Notes under the pieces: model-generated
Seen by the model: the letters and a program-made list of their open reading frames with translations, nothing else
Told to the model about the DNA's origin: nothing
The model's database searches: none
Assembly (NCBI GenBank): GCA_017468205.1
Contig: JAFUJK010000083.1
Coordinates: 1 to 60,596, forward strand
Reading direction: 5' to 3'
Source: Clostridia bacterium
Lineage (GTDB): Bacteria; Bacillota; Clostridia; Christensenellales; UBA1242
DNA length: 60,596 nt
Program-made: the position numbers and the translations under genes
Shown: one piece after another, positions 60,545 through 60,596 of the stretch
Layout of the letters: every line of letters begins with the position of its first letter
How positions within the stretch are numbered: position 1 is the first letter of the stretch

Positions 60545-60596
60545 ATGACAACTCAGAAAGCTCAATCTAAGATTAAATCATCTACTATTGCAATCA
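60545..60596 (+). CDS. 5' fragment of a protein running off the window, possible paralog of the preceding gene
   Basis: AAGGAG RBS; MTTQKAQSKIKSSTIAI resembles KYKDKFTIAT. Confidence 0.5.
   Translation, partial: MTTQKAQSKIKSSTIAI

Noticed and set aside
1-60596. Complete DGR cassette (RT, avd, template repeat) inside the window
   Set aside because: No ORF with RT motifs and no AAC-rich non-coding copy of either variable region was found; only putative targets are present.

Overview
Low-GC (roughly 35%) chromosomal segment from a spore-forming Bacillota/Clostridia bacterium, probably an uncultured gut-type lineage (taxonomy is inferred from gene content). Most genes are on the minus strand and are housekeeping (pfkA, dnaE, whiA, murB, uvrC, tilS, acpS, recX, tyrS, rpsL-rpsG-fusA-tuf, cca, recR, dnaX, rlmB, mrnC, a short alaS, rpsF-ssb-rpsR) or sporulation genes (spoIIE, sigH, cwlD-like amidase, gerA-type operon). 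No rRNA, tRNA, CRISPR array, integrase, transposase or reverse transcriptase was recognised. The strongest unexplained signal is a pair of paralogous membrane-anchored surface proteins (73-984 and 24436-26374). Each has a 'CWLRSG...GVRP' segment with the nucleotide signature of a diversity-generating retroelement (DGR) variable region, yet no RT or template lies in the window. One copy has the variable region mid-protein, is out of frame at a G12 tract (candidate phase variation) and is flanked by REP-like palindromes. Other notable features: a perfect 93-bp four-way-junction palindrome behind mazF, an unannotated 59-aa candidate antitoxin, a dnaX split at an A9 slippery site, a compact XRE/operator switch, several apparently leaderless genes and an S12 P90V substitution.
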